Part shown: one piece after another, positions 1 to 12,035 of the stretch | Layout: each line of letters starts with the position of its first letter | Position numbering within the stretch: position 1 is the first letter of the stretch | Assembly (NCBI RefSeq): GCF_001194135.2 | Contig: NC_068987.1 | Location: 90,158,325-90,222,324, forward strand | From: Octopus bimaculoides | Lineage: Eukaryota | DNA length: 64,000 nt | Direction of reading: 5' to 3' | The notes under the pieces: generated by a model | The model's input: only the letters and a program-made list of their open reading frames with translations | Databases searched by the model: none | Told to the model about the DNA's origin: nothing | Position numbers and translations under genes: made by a program

Positions 1-172
1 CCCCCTCTCTCTCCCTCTGTCCCCCTCTCTCTCCCTCTGTCCCCCTCTCTCTCTCCCTCTGCCCCTCTCCCTCTCACCCTCTGTCTCCCTCTTCCTCTCT
101 CCCTCTGTCCCCTTCTCTCTCCCTCTCTCCCCTCTCTCTCCCTTTCCCTCTCTCCCCTCTCTCTGTACCTCT
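1..172. repeat. Degenerate CT-rich repeat with a 20-bp period at its start
   Basis: ccccctctctctccctctgt repeated, then degenerate. Confidence 0.9.
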
Positions 173-180
173 GTCTCAAT

Positions 181-408
181 GTCGTGTGAAGATTGTAAAT
201 GAGCATCGCCTTCATACAAGTGATGTTGTTCATTTCCAGTCTTCCATGGAAAACGTCTGGTCATGTGGAAATATTCTCTTGCTTGGAAATGAGCGAGGGT
301 TGGTAACAGGAAGGGCCTCCAGCTGTCAAAAATTTGCTTCAGTAAATCCCATCTGACCCATGCAAGCATGGAAAAGTGGATGATAAAACAATGGCAATGA
401 TAACAACA
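181..408 (+). mobile_element. Family E retroposon (shares its 3' tail with family A)
   Basis: gattgtaaatgagcatc...catggaaaacgtctggtcatg...cttggaaat...aggaagggcctcc...cccatgcaagcatggaaaagtgga. Confidence 0.75.
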
Positions 409-664
409 GGGTAATCACGGTTGTTGTTTAGCCCCGAGTCAGCAGCGATAACAAATGATTAAATGTATTTCAAATATGGCAGTCCCAACTATTTTTAAGG
501 GATTTGTAGGACCAGATTATTCAGTGTGTCTTTTGCATATTGAAGATGGTAGGGTGTTACTTGAGTAAAACCTGGCTGCTATTTCTTTCAGGCCCAACTA
601 ACCACACAGAGGCACCTTATCAAACTAGCCTTCTCTTGATACTCGCACGCACACACACACACAC

Positions 665-702
<38 letters not shown>

Positions 703-1000
703 CATGAAGATGACGTTTTTCCTGATGTCCTGGATGACCCCCCTGAAGGCTGCTGGACCAAGCCTAACTCTATTCACAGAGCTGAGCTTCAGATGTGTTA
801 GATGTTGTCCAATACATGATGGCTGTAATGTGTGTGTAATCAATGTTTATTGATTCTACAGACATGTAGATTTAGTAGCAAGAATAATAAAGGAATTAAA
901 ATTAGCCAGGAGTGTTGACTGTTGCCAGAATTTTACTGAACAAAGCAAATATTTATTGTTAACATTTCTTTACTGTCCATTGAGACTACTGACATTCTAG

Positions 1001-1031
<31 letters not shown>

Positions 1032-1324
1032 TGTACAGTAACTACACATTTCTTTTGATTTAGCAGTGGCACAAGATCAGCATATGTAGTGAATAGTGTT
1101 GATGTAATTGATTGAATCAATCCTGGCATGTTGTTGGTGTATTAGCATTGGAGAGTGGTTGGGTGTATTTAGAGTGACAAACCTCTGATGTGGGTTCAAT
1201 TCTCAGCCTAGTTGTTTCACTTAGTTTTGTCCTCTTACATGACAATATCATCTGTGTATAACAACGTGGGGAGGAGGTAGAGGTGCAAGGAGACCTCTTT
1301 TTCTTTTTTTTATGGAAAAAGCAT

Positions 1325-1484
1325 TTGTGCTGGTGCCATGTAAAAAGAAACACCCAGCACACTCTGTAAAGTGGTTGGCATTAGGAAGAGCATCCAACTG
1401 TAGAAACCATACCAAAACAGACAACTGGAGCCTGGTGCAACTCCCTGGCTTACCAGCTCCTGAAAAACAGATGTTAAATGATGA
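1325..1484 (+). mobile_element. RTE LINE 3' end (family A), truncated
   Basis: Shared core aagtggttggcattaggaagagcatcc...gtagaaacc with other copies in the window. Confidence 0.75.
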
Positions 1485-2039
1485 ATGCAGTGGCAGTGGT
1501 GGCAGCGACAGTGGTAGCAGTGACAGTGGTAGCAGCGACAGTGGTGGGGATGACAACATTGAGGACAACTTAGTGATTCATGTCCTCAGGAAAACAAGAA
1601 AGATTTTGTTATTCTCAGATTGGAAACCTGGTTGGAATACTTACAGCTAAGTGACCTCCACTAAAGATATCCAACTGTTGGAAGTATTAGAGTGAATAGT
1701 GGATCAGGTCTTTAGGGGGTGACCTAATAATTCATTGAGAGTTACAGGATGTTAGCATTAAAGTAAAAAGTAGGTGTAGGCTTAGCCATGTGGTTAAGAT
1801 GTTTAGTTCCCAACTTTATAGTAAGGGGTTCAGTCCCACAGTATGGCACTTTAGGCAAGTGTCTTCTACTATAGATCCTTGTTTTTCCTGGCAACTTCTT
1901 TTCAGATTTTGCTACACTATGTTGGGTTTCTCTGAAGGAAGGCCTTCTTTTCTCAGCTCTTGTTTGGTTTTGAATTGTCATTGATGCTTCTGTATTTTTT
2001 CTAGGTATTAGTATTGGCCCTATGCAGACCCATTTTTAC

Positions 2040-2165
2040 CTTTGAGAAGAGGAGGTCCATATTAGTCTGGCCTCTGTCCTTTGACCTGTCCAGCATAGGC
2101 GACCCTACAAGAGCTTGCATTTTGCTGGCATAATTCTCAGCCATTACACCACAACAAGGATTGAG
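2040..2165 (-). mobile_element. RTE LINE 5' UTR-like remnant
   Basis: Minus strand ccttgttgtggtg...ctgagaattatgcc...gtagggtcgcctatgctggacaggtcaaagg...ccagac resembles the conserved RTE 5' UTR, from recalled similarity only. Confidence 0.45.
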
Positions 2166-2524
2166 CTAAGTTAACGACTATGCTTCCCTCATCACTTATT
2201 TGAGGGACAGGGTATGTTTTGGGCAGAAACGGTAAAATGCAAGTCTAAATGTCTTATAGAATTTAGTTATGACCCTTTATGTTTTGAATCAGTCTGTGAA
2301 GATTTGCCCTTCCATCTCATCTTAATCAATACAAGAACCAATAATATATGGAAGTTGGTTCAATAATCAATAACCCCATTCATTTAATAATTACCTTGTG
2401 TCTGATCAATAAATATCATTAATGACTCTTACTATTGATCTTAACATTTAACGAAGAATTTCAAGAAGCAATGACTTGTGTTGTTTGTAATGAATAATTT
2501 TGTGTTTACTTGAAATCCTTACAG

Positions 2525-2598
2525 CTTTTACTCACTGTCATCTTGAGAAAAGACCAACTGAAGAAGTAACCCGCCCACCCATGGGTGCTCTTAACAGG
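2525..2598 (+). CDS. Gene 1 (tandem EF-hand-pair repeat protein), first coding exon visible; internal exon, gene starts upstream of the window
   Basis: ttacag acceptor and gtaaga donor. Reads (A)FTHCHLEKRPTEEVTRPPMGALNR, matching the FTxxxLEKxPxxEV motif repeated in later exons. Ends in phase 0. Confidence 0.85.
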
Positions 2599-2929
2599 GT
2601 AAGAAGATGACATTTTGATAAAATATTTTTGCAAAATGTATTTACTTTTCTACAGTTGTCTGACCATCAAATTCTTCAGAATTCCATTCCATGAATATCT
2701 ATGGGTTGTCGTTATGGAACCATGAAATTCGTTTGGAGAAATGTATGCCTTGTTACATGTAATGAATTCACAAGCTTACCATTAGCTGTGTTCTTGTGTT
2801 CGATTTAATTCTGATATTTGGCTCTCCTTTTTCTTTTATTTAATAAATAAAAACAAGTGATGCATTGCAGAGTACTATCCAAGACATGTCTCTATGTAAT
2901 CTATTAATAACCATTTTTAGTATTGCCAT

Positions 2930-3150
2930 CACGGTGATGAGAATGGTTAGCAAGAGGAATAAAAAGCTCAGCAACATTTCTTCCAGCTCTTTGTGTTCTG
3001 GATTCAAATTTTATTGAGACCAACTTTGCCTGATGCCCTTTCGGGATTGATAAAATAAGTTCCAGAAGAGCAATGGAATTGATGTAATCAACATAAAACT
3101 CCCATTAAAATCACTGGTTTTGTGTGCAAATTTGAAACCTTTTGAAACCA
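2930..3150 (+). mobile_element. tRNA-derived SINE family B (diverged)
   Basis: gaatggttagc...ttctggattcaaatt...aactttgcc...cctttcgggattgataaaataagt. Confidence 0.65.
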
Positions 3151-4079
3151 TTATTATTACTGTCATAATGCTGAATATTTTGTCTTTGGATTCAATTGTG
3201 CCACATTTCTTTTATTTCCTCATGACCTCTCTTTAATGGTTATCAGGCATTGCAGAGTAAAAAAGAGATGAGACTGCTTCTTTTAAAGCCGTAATATGAA
3301 GAAAATATTGTGAGAAGTGTAAACTATCTTAGCCAACAATTTCATCCAATGTACTAAAGGCAAATCAGCTTATTATAAGTATAGCTTGGTAAAAGTATAG
3401 TCTAGTACAGTTATAGCCTGTTAAATGGTTGGAACATTTGTTTTACAATGATGAGCTTTCAAATTCATTGACACTGTGTAGTAGTTTGTTGTGAAGTAGA
3501 GTCTCAGGTTAACTAAAGCCTTACGTGGGGAGGTGGGTGGGCAAAGAGACTTGGCAAACGCCCATTGGGTGAGTTGCATCTCCAATTGAAAGGGTCAGCC
3601 TTGTCATACTGTATATGTGGCACATAGATTCTTCCTGAGGAATATGATAAGGGCACTATGATATGTAAAATACCCAGTCACTTACACTATGTGTCAATAA
3701 ATAGGTCGCGCCATTGATCAAACAACTCAAAGAACCATCATTGGAACCCATGAATTAGATTTGAACCCTGCACTGTAATGTAATGATAATAGTTGAAAAT
3801 GAAACAACCATTCCAAGAAAATTAACTCACAAACTGAAAAGAAAGGATTCTGTAAGAAAATGTTGTTCTCATCTTAGTAATTTGGTTGGATAACTTATGC
3901 TGTATGTAAATGAAAGTGATGCAGAGAGATGGGGAGAGGGGTTGAGTGAATGAATATGAGTGTCCCCTGCCACAATCAGTTTTTTTTGAGTTAGTAACAG
4001 TTTGGTTGTTGTTGGATATTGCAGAATATAACTCAGTGTACAACAACTACATCCATCTTCTGTTCTTCTTTTTCCCTCC

Positions 4080-4220
4080 CTCCTTACTTCTCTCTCTCCC
4101 ACCTTACTTCTCTCTCTCCCTCCCTCTCCCCTCCTCTCTTCCTCACTCCCACTTTCTTCCCCCCCTCTCTTTCCCTTCCTTCCTTCCTTCCTTCCTTCCT
4201 TCCTTCCTTCCTTCCTTCCT
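4080..4220. repeat. (CT)n/(CCTT)n simple repeat
   Basis: Direct reading of the sequence. Confidence 0.95.
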
Positions 4221-4983
4221 AGCAATGTAGAAACAAGGATCACAAGCAATCTCTTAGTAACAGTCTTTAAATAAGTATCCAGGCCTCAGTTGCAAAATAA
4301 TTTTGATTAAAAGCACCAATTCTACAAATCTGTTTTCCCAATTGTAAACTTTCACACACACAACTTAAAGAAGTCTTTTCCCTGAAGTATATTTGCTACT
4401 TCTGTCTCCCTCCCACCTCTCTCCACCTTTATCTGACCCCCTATCTGACCCCCTATCTGTCCTTCAATCCCCTTTTATAAGCTGCATTTAGCTTAATCAA
4501 AGCTTGACTGGCTTTTCACTCAACAACTTTTGATTCTTTAGAATTTTGGTTGGCACCATTTGATAAATTTTCTTCCTAACTGCAGAGTATTCATCAGTTG
4601 TTTATTCTCATGACACTTTCACTCGATATGAAAGATTTTGATTTTAGCAAGAAACTTCTTAGAAAATTACTATTTTTAAATCTCACAACAAGAGATATTC
4701 AGCAACAGTACTTTGTAGTAAAGGTTGTTTGCCAACATAACACGGCAGACCTGGTTTATGTTGGCAAACAATCTTTACTACAAGAACCTTCTTATTATTA
4801 AAAAACTCACAAATTCATGTTCAAATTGAGACATCTTAAAACTAAATGGAACTAAATGTCTTTCCAATTTAAAAACAATTTCTTTGGTTTGGAACATTTA
4901 TCAACCTTTCTTTTTATTATTCACCACATGCGTTTTTTTTTTTTCTTTTTAATTTGTTTTTGTTTTTCTCCTCTTAATTTCAG

Positions 4984-5103
4984 AGAATAAATACACTCAG
5001 TGCCGAAGAAGAAGCAGAAATAAAAGAACTGCTTGATTATCAAGCTGAGAAAATCAAAGAAAGAAATTTACTACTTTTTCCATATTTCAAAGATTATGAT
5101 CGA
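4984..5103 (+). CDS. Gene 1 exon (120 nt)
   Basis: Polypyrimidine tract plus cag acceptor, gtgagt donor. Reads RINTLSAEEEAEIKELLDYQAEKIKERNLLLFPYFKDYDR; phase 0 to 0. Confidence 0.92.
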
Positions 5104-6835
5104 GTGAGTGTTTATTCTCCATCATCCCAGGGAATTGTATGCTTGATGTATGTTTAACCTTGAAGCTACAATTAAACTAATTTGTTCTGATAGGAATACA
5201 AATTTCAAGCATTTTTACTTATGGCTTAGTTAGAGGCGGAAGAGCAACAGCCATGGACTTTAGTGATATGATGGGGTAGAGACTGGTGGGAGGAAGAAAG
5301 GAAGGAAGAAGTCTTCATCCAATTGGAGATCTGGATAAAAGGTCGAACCCTTTAGCATTTAAATTATTCTATCAAATGTAATGCTTTTTTTTCATTCACA
5401 TTGTTTTTTTCTTAATCATGCTTATTTTGTAGCTTTGAAATGCTGGCAATGTGACTGTGTATTTTTAGAATGACACTAAAGGGTAGGTGTGATAGGTTGG
5501 ATCTGGTATATTTGGGGCAGATATATTTGGTTTAGATTCTAAAAAGTTGAAGTTTGCAGCATTGTGGGCTTCCCTGAAGACACTCCAGAACAGGAAGACT
5601 CCTTCCAATGGACTTTCTTCATTGTTTCCATTTCCTAAATTTTACTCACCGAGCATTGGTTGATCCAAGGCTATTGTAGAAGACCATGATGCTCCATGAT
5701 GCCACACAGGAATCAAACTGAAAACTGTGTCATCTATAATACATTAAAAGTGAGCTTGAATCTTGCTTGCTTGCTTGCAATGTTACCCAGCCAAACTGGC
5801 ACATAATAGGAAAAAGGTTGCAAGACACAACAAAAATTTTAGGAAAATGAAAATAAGAAATAAGTGGAAATTTCAACTGTGAGTGTGTTAAATTTTAAGG
5901 CACAATAAGAAAATGACTCTCCCCAGACACAATAGACTACAAATTAAGTTTCCCCTGAAATATGAATACAAACGGAATAAAACAAGTTTTACATAAATCA
6001 GATAAGTGGTTGTTGAGATATTAGGGGTTTCCGGGGTATAAATACCCAAAATGGTGTATAATGGGAAAATATTCTGAAAATAACTTAACCCTGGAAGGGA
6101 AGAAACTCTTACCTTGTGATTAGACTCAGTGACTTGACAACGAAAAAATAAAATTTGTTTTTTACAGTAAATGTTTCTATTTTCGCTTTTGTTAAACACA
6201 ATATTTTAATCATTTAGAAATATTTTTAAGTAAATGTGATTCCAAAATGTTGTTTGTACAGTATATATTCATATTTTAGCTTTCTTTAAACTGATAATAT
6301 TTTAATGTTTTTTAAATTATTTTCAAATGAATGCCATTACAAAAATTTTTTTGGCATATTTAAAAAATATTTTAAAGTGAAAATGACTTGGAAAATATGG
6401 TAAATATTTTGTAAAAGGCCCATTTGTAACCTTGTTGTGAAATAATTTATTTTCCATAGGTTTATTTTTACTGCATTCAATGTATCTCACCTCCAAAGAT
6501 TTAGCTGCTATTGCTAGCATGCTCTTCTACCATGTAACAGCTATTTGTGATAAAGGACTCAAAATACCTGTTATGTGGTTGCAGGGTGTGCAAGAAATAA
6601 CAGCCAAATCTTTCCTTCTCTGGGGAAAGGAGCCGTTTATTTGTGATTTCAATGTCATATTCATTAAAATCATGCGAAATAACTTGGTAAAGAAAAAACC
6701 CATGAAACAAAACTCTGTTGCTGGGATACTCAGACTTTCCCAGTGACCCAGTGGAGCATGAGTAGTCTAGTTACAGATTAAACTTGTGATGGTGAGTGAA
6801 GGGAGACAAGTGGAGGATTCCTCTTCATCTACTGA

Positions 6836-6873
<38 letters not shown>

Positions 6874-7029
6874 TTATCATCAGCATTTAACGTTCAAAAA
6901 GCACTAAGTCCACTTTGCTGAGTGGTTGGTGTTAGGAAGGGCATCCACTGTCAAATCGTCCCACTCATGCCAACATGGAAGGAAGGTGTTAAAGGATGAT
7001 GATGATAATGATATCATCCTCCCCCACCA

Positions 7030-7260
7030 CCTGAAGCTGGTGAGCTGACAGACTCGTTAGCATGTCAGGCACAATGCTCAGGGGCTTTGCACTTGTCTTT
7101 ACATTCTGAGTTCAAAATTCCACTGGGGTTGAGTTTGCTTTTCTCTCTTTCAGGGTTGATAAAGTAAGTACCAGCTGAGCGTTGGGGGGGGGGGTCAATG
7201 TAACTGACTTCACCCCTCCCCCCAAATTGCTGGGCTTGTGTGCCACAATCCAAATCCAAT
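7030..7260 (+). mobile_element. tRNA-derived SINE family B
   Basis: ggtgagctgacagactcgttagc...ttctgagttcaaaattcc...gataaagtaagtaccag. Confidence 0.8.
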
Positions 7261-7601
7261 GAATCTCATCCGTCTACACACTGCACCCACAGGTGGAAGT
7301 ACACTCAAAGCTGTAAAATGTAACAAAATGTCTTTCTGTTTATATAAAAGATATGATATCTTTTATATAATGATATCATGATATCCCCGTTTTGGGACTA
7401 TTTCACTATTTAGAGCTATTCAGAGCTATTCAGACTAGGTCAACTGAGAATTAAGTGTCTCCATCATGGCCAGCATGCAGTACTAGTGAGATGGTGTCTT
7501 TGATTTTCTAACAACTCTTTTATGTTGATTTCTTAAAAGAAAAAAAAAAATGCTCAAAAGAAGGTTTGTTTGTTTCCCTTTGCTGTTTCTTCTTTCTTTA
7601 G

Positions 7602-7764
7602 GGTGTTGGATATACAAAGTCAATCACCAAGAACCAGTTTGCTCGTGTAATGCACTTTGTAAAATTAGAATTAACTGACAGACAATTGAGATTGCTTGTT
7701 AAAAAATTTGGTAATGAAAACGGAGATATTAATTATCCATTGTATGTTCAAACTGTGGATCCAG
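7602..7764 (+). CDS. Gene 1 exon (163 nt)
   Basis: tttcttttag-type acceptor, gtaggt donor. Reads GVGYTKSITKNQFARVMHFVKLELTDRQLRLLVKKFGNENGDINYPLYVQTVDP; phase 0 to 1. Confidence 0.93.
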
Positions 7765-8088
7765 GTAGGTTATTGATTCTAATTTTAATTTCTATATTTT
7801 TCTTTAGTCCCTGGACTCAAAGGGTCAGTTTCCTAGTTTCTATGATGTATAACCGACTGTGATCCCAACATCCCTTCCCTGAACAGGACACTGGCCAATA
7901 ACGGGGTCCAAGGCTGGCAATTTTTGAAAGGGGTTGATCACAGAGACCCTTTTACCTTGCTTGGAAACGGGTGAGAATTGATGATGGGAAGAGCCTCCAG
8001 TTGGATAAAACAAACATTTTCTGCCTCAAGTCCTGTGTCACTCATGCAAATCATACAAAATGGACATTAAAACGATGTACATATACAT

Positions 8089-8410
8089 AAAAGTGCCCAT
8101 GCAGTGCCATGTAAAAGTGTTCATGTGGTGCCATGTAAAAGTGCCCATGCAGTACCATGTAAAAGCGTTCATGTGGTGCCATGTAAAAGCGTTCATGTGG
8201 TGCCATGTAAAAGTTCCCATGTGGTGCCATGTAAAAGCGTCCATGTGGTGCCATGTAAAAGCGCCCATATGATGCCATGTAAAAGTGTCCATGTAGTGCC
8301 ATGTAAAAGCACCCATGCAGTACCATGTAAAAGCATTCATGTGGTGCCATGTAAAAGTTTCCATGTGGTGCCATGTAAAAGCGTCCATGTGGTGCTATGT
8401 AAAAGCCCCT
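8089..8410 (+). repeat. 24-bp minisatellite, about 13 units
   Basis: Unit gtaaaag(t/c)(g/t)(c/t)(c/t)catg(tg/ca)gt(g/a)ccat; explains the 8-aa periodic ORFs in several frames. Confidence 0.95.
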
Positions 8411-8547
8411 GGTATGCTCTGTAAAGTGGTTGGCATTAGGATGGGCATCTAACTGTAGAAACCATACCAAAACAAAGTGGAGTCTAGTGCAGCCTCCCAG
8501 CTTACCAACCCTGGTCAAACCGTCCAATCCATGGATAATGGACATTA
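8090..8547 (+). mobile_element. RTE LINE 3' end (family A) carrying a 24-bp minisatellite
   Basis: About 13 units of gtaaaagNNNNcatgtggtgccat followed by the family A core and tail. Confidence 0.8.
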
Positions 8548-8593
8548 AATACTTCTTTTATTCTTGATGGAAACTCTCAGCTTATTTTGCTGG

Positions 8594-8632
<39 letters not shown>

Positions 8633-8633
<1 letters not shown>

Positions 8634-9066
8634 AGGTGGTGAGCTGGCAAAATTGTTAGCATGCTGGGTGAAATGCTTAGAGGCATTTCATCCCACTTGA
8701 TATTCTGAATTCAAATTCCACCGAGGTCAACTTTACCTTTCGTCCTTTCGGAGTTGATAAAATAAGTACTAGTTGAGTACTGGGGTCAATGAAATCAACT
8801 ACCCCCTCCCCCAAATTTCAGGCCTTGTGCCTGTAGCAGAAAGGATTATTATTAAAGTTGTGAGCTGGCTGAATTGTTAGCTCACTGGGTGAAATGCTCA
8901 ATTGTATTTCATCTACTGCTATGTTCTGAGTTCAAATACCACTAAGATTAACTTTGCCTTTCATCCTTTTGGGGTCAATAAATTAAGTACTAGTGAAACT
9001 GGGGTCAGTGTAATCACTTATCCTTGTCCCCCAAAATTTCAGGCCTTGTGCCTATAATAGAAAAGA
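8633..9066 (+). mobile_element. Two tandem family B SINEs between ATT microsatellites
   Basis: Both begin aaggtggtgagctggc / aagttgtgagctggc and carry the ttctgagttcaaat B-box; junction at about 8850. Confidence 0.85.
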
Positions 9067-9075
9067 TTATTTTTA

Positions 9076-9159
<84 letters not shown>

Positions 9160-9160
9160 A
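9076..9160. repeat. Compound (ATT)n(AGT)n microsatellite
   Basis: Direct reading of the sequence. Confidence 0.97.
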
Positions 9161-9368
9161 TGAATACAGAAATACCAAGAGTTATGAGAAATGATAACAT
9201 TGATGTTGGTGTTTTTGCAAGACAAGATAAAAAGAAATATAAACACAATATTACCATAAATTTGCATATCTAACCATTTATCCTCTGAATAAAATTTTAC
9301 TCATTCACTTTCCAAAATGTAGTCTACAAGTTCAGTCCTAAACTATTTGGTTTTTGTAATATTTTCAG

Positions 9369-9508
9369 ATTTCAAAGCCCACTTTATTGGAGATGTCATT
9401 CTTCCAGATCAAGCAAAAGTTGAGGTGAAAAAGGCTGAAAAATCCAATTTAACTTTTGATGAAGTGATGGCTCGCATTAGACATGTCGTTTTTGTAAACA
9501 GACTTCAG
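9369..9508 (+). CDS. Gene 1 exon (140 nt)
   Basis: ttttcag acceptor, gtgaga donor. Reads (D)FKAHFIGDVILPDQAKVEVKKAEKSNLTFDEVMARIRHVVFVNRLQ; phase 1 to 0. Confidence 0.92.
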
Positions 9509-9597
9509 GTGAGAAACAGGAGAAGGGTTTTTTTTCCTAATGATAGAAAAACTATGTTAATCATGATGGGATTTGCAGGTCCTTCCAAATTGGGGAA

Positions 9598-9991
9598 TTG
9601 ACGATTTGGGCCTCACAGAGGCAAAGTGACTGAGTTCCTCTCGAGCGTTGGGCCTCATGGAGACAAAGTGGTTGAGTTCCTGTTGAGCATTGGGCCTCAC
9701 GGAGGCCATGACAAAGACCTTTGGCATTATGTCGTGCTTGAGAAGTCCCATCAAGCCAAGCAAAATTGCAGTCGTGGCAGAAATGATGTGATGCAAATGG
9801 CACCCGTGCCAGTGGTACATAAAAACATCCATTACACTCTCGGAGTGGTTGGTGTTAGGAAGGGCATCCAGCCATAGAAAACCATACCAAATCATACTCA
9901 AGTCTGGTGCTGCCTTCCAGATTACCAGCCTCAGTCAAACCGTCCAACCCATGCCAGCATGGACAATGGACGTTAAATAATGATGATGATG
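9598..9991 (+). mobile_element. RTE LINE 3' end (family A) with ORF terminus and (GAT)n tail
   Basis: Encodes an LGLTEAMTKTFG / DLWHYVVLEKSHQAK-type ORF end, with a triplicated unit of about 40 bp at its 5' end; tail ggacgttaaataatgatgatgatg. Confidence 0.85.
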
Positions 9992-10039
9992 CAGCAGTTG
10001 ATGTGCATTTGAACCATCTGTAGATCAATCTCTAATGAA

Positions 10040-10345
10040 GGTGTATGGCTTAGAGGTTAGGGCATTCGGCTCATGACCATGAGGTCAGGAGTTCAATTGC
10101 TAGTGTTGTGTCCTTGAGCAAGACACTTTATTTCACATTGTTCCAGTCCACTCAGCTGGCAAAAATGTAATACAAAGGAGGGCAGCCTTGTCACATTCTG
10201 TGTCATGTTGAATCTCCCTGAGAACTACATTAAGGGTACATGTGTCTGTGGAGTTCTCAGCCACTTGCATGTTAATTTCACGAGCAGACTGTTCCGTTGA
10301 TCAGATCAACTGGAACCTTTGTCGTCGTAACCAGTTCAATGCCAG
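10040..10345 (+). mobile_element. tRNA-derived SINE family C
   Basis: A-box tggcttagaggtt, B-box ggagttcaatt, central gtgtccttgagcaagacacttt, 3' gtgtctgtggagttctcagccacttgcatgttaatttcac. Confidence 0.8.
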
Positions 10346-10448
10346 GTCAATCTTAATAAAAGGTAGATGGGGTGGGAATTGCAGAGGGTTGTAGTTGACC
10401 ATTCCTTGCTATTTTCAGTGACCAAAGTATAAAATAATCTATATTTAG

Positions 10449-10659
10449 GTCGGTCAGAATTTTGAAGATTACGATCCTCTTAAGTCTGGTTCAATTACCA
10501 AAGCTCAGTTTCGACGTGGTTTGTCATCTCTTGGATTCAGTAAGATAGGTTTCCATGACATGACCAATGACCAGTTTGACTTACTCTGTGATCACTACCA
10601 AGACCCTCAACATAAGGACAAAATTATTTGGACAAATTTCAACAATGATATCAACCTAG
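10449..10659 (+). CDS. Gene 1 exon (211 nt)
   Basis: atttag acceptor, gtaagt donor. Reads VGQNFEDYDPLKSGSITKAQFRRGLSSLGFSKIGFHDMTNDQFDLLCDHYQDPQHKDKIIWTNFNNDINL; phase 0 to 1. Confidence 0.94.
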
Positions 10660-10709
10660 GTAAGTAATTTTCATAATTCCAGTTTAATATGTTTTTCCTT
10701 TTTTTTTCT

Positions 10710-11090
10710 TGTTTCTGTCATTGGACTGCAGCCAATGCTGGAGCATTGCCTTGAATAGTTTGCTCAAACAATTTGACCATAATACTTATTTTTAAAAGTC
10801 TGGTACTTATTTATTGATCTTTTATACTAAGCTGCTAAGTTATGGAGATGTAAATTATTCAACACTGGTTGTCAAGCAGTATGGGGGGGGGGGAAACATA
10901 AACACAAAGACACACATGCACACATATAGTAGGCTTCCTCACAGCTTCCATTTGCCAAATTCTCTCACAAGGCTTTGGTTAGCCTACATCTTTTATAGAA
11001 GTCACTTACTCCAGGTATCACACTGGAAATTGAACCCAAAGCCACATGTTTGCCAAGCAAGCCTCTTAACCCCTCAGCTACATCCCTGCC
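10710..11090 (-). mobile_element. tRNA/CORE-like SINE family D
   Basis: gactgcagccaatgctggagcattgcc...tggtacttatt...aaggctttggttagcc...gaacccaaagccacatg, matching other D copies. Confidence 0.75.
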
Positions 11091-11423
11091 TGAGTTTTTG
11101 TTATTTCAATATGTCTTGAACTTGTTTATTCTTTTATATTTGGGTTTTGTTTACTTTTTTTTGTTATATACGAGAATTGCTTAGGTGTGTGAACCCCATG
11201 GTGATGAGTTCAAACTTTGCAGTAAACAGTGTTTTTGCCTGGGAAAATAACCCTGTTTTGCCCCAGTATTTATTCTGGGTCACAGTTTTAATTGGTTAAT
11301 GATAGGAAAGGCCTGTAGTTGTAAAAACATAAGCTTCATCAGTATGCAGATATGCAAATTCATAGAAACCATTTCACCTCATCTCCATACTTGCATAGAG
11401 AATCAATTTGAAGCAACAATAAC

Positions 11424-11469
<46 letters not shown>

Positions 11470-11471
<2 letters not shown>

Positions 11472-12010
11472 TACTCTGATGCAGTACCAGGCAGTGGCTG
11501 TCATGGCTTCTCATCTTTAGTGATTGGAAGTGTTATCATGTACATTGTTTTGTCTTGGTATAAAAGATTGTCTACAGCAAATATTCTGCTCAATACCACA
11601 GGTTTGCTTGTCAGTTGTTTGACATTAACCAGTTGAGCATGTCTCTTAGTGGCTGATATGTGCATCTCTGATCATGAGCAGAAGTAGTGGAGGAGCATCG
11701 TAGCTATGTGTTGAGAGGGATTTTGAATAATTCACCCCTGGAAATATAGGTGTTTCGTTCAACATCTTTAAACAACCCTTATTCAGTGACCTTTTGAGTG
11801 GGATGGGCTACTCAACCTGAAGAAAATTCTGAGCCCTATCTGCAAGGTCATATGCTGTTTATCTTGATATTGGGTCACAATGTCATGCCCATATGGTTGT
11901 GATGCATGTGCCTGGTGGACCCTTATTAGATGGTTAGTCGTGATGGGTATATTGGGCTTTGTATATTTGTATCCCAGTATTATTTTGATGGTATGCACTG
12001 CTCTCTCACT
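11470..12010 (+). mobile_element. Unclassified retroposon-like segment between a (GAT)n run and an (AAT)n tail
   Basis: Non-coding complex sequence bounded by microsatellites; no protein motif recognised. Confidence 0.35.
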
Positions 12011-12035
12011 CAATAATAATAATAATAATAATAAT

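Noticed and set aside
8038-8545. Several long ORFs with 8-aa periodicity (MDAFTWHH, APHGRFYM, VVPCKSVH)
   Set aside because: They arise from a stop-free 24-bp minisatellite inside an RTE 3' UTR, open in many frames on both strands. The variable sequence lies within the units rather than in spacers, so this is also not a CRISPR array.
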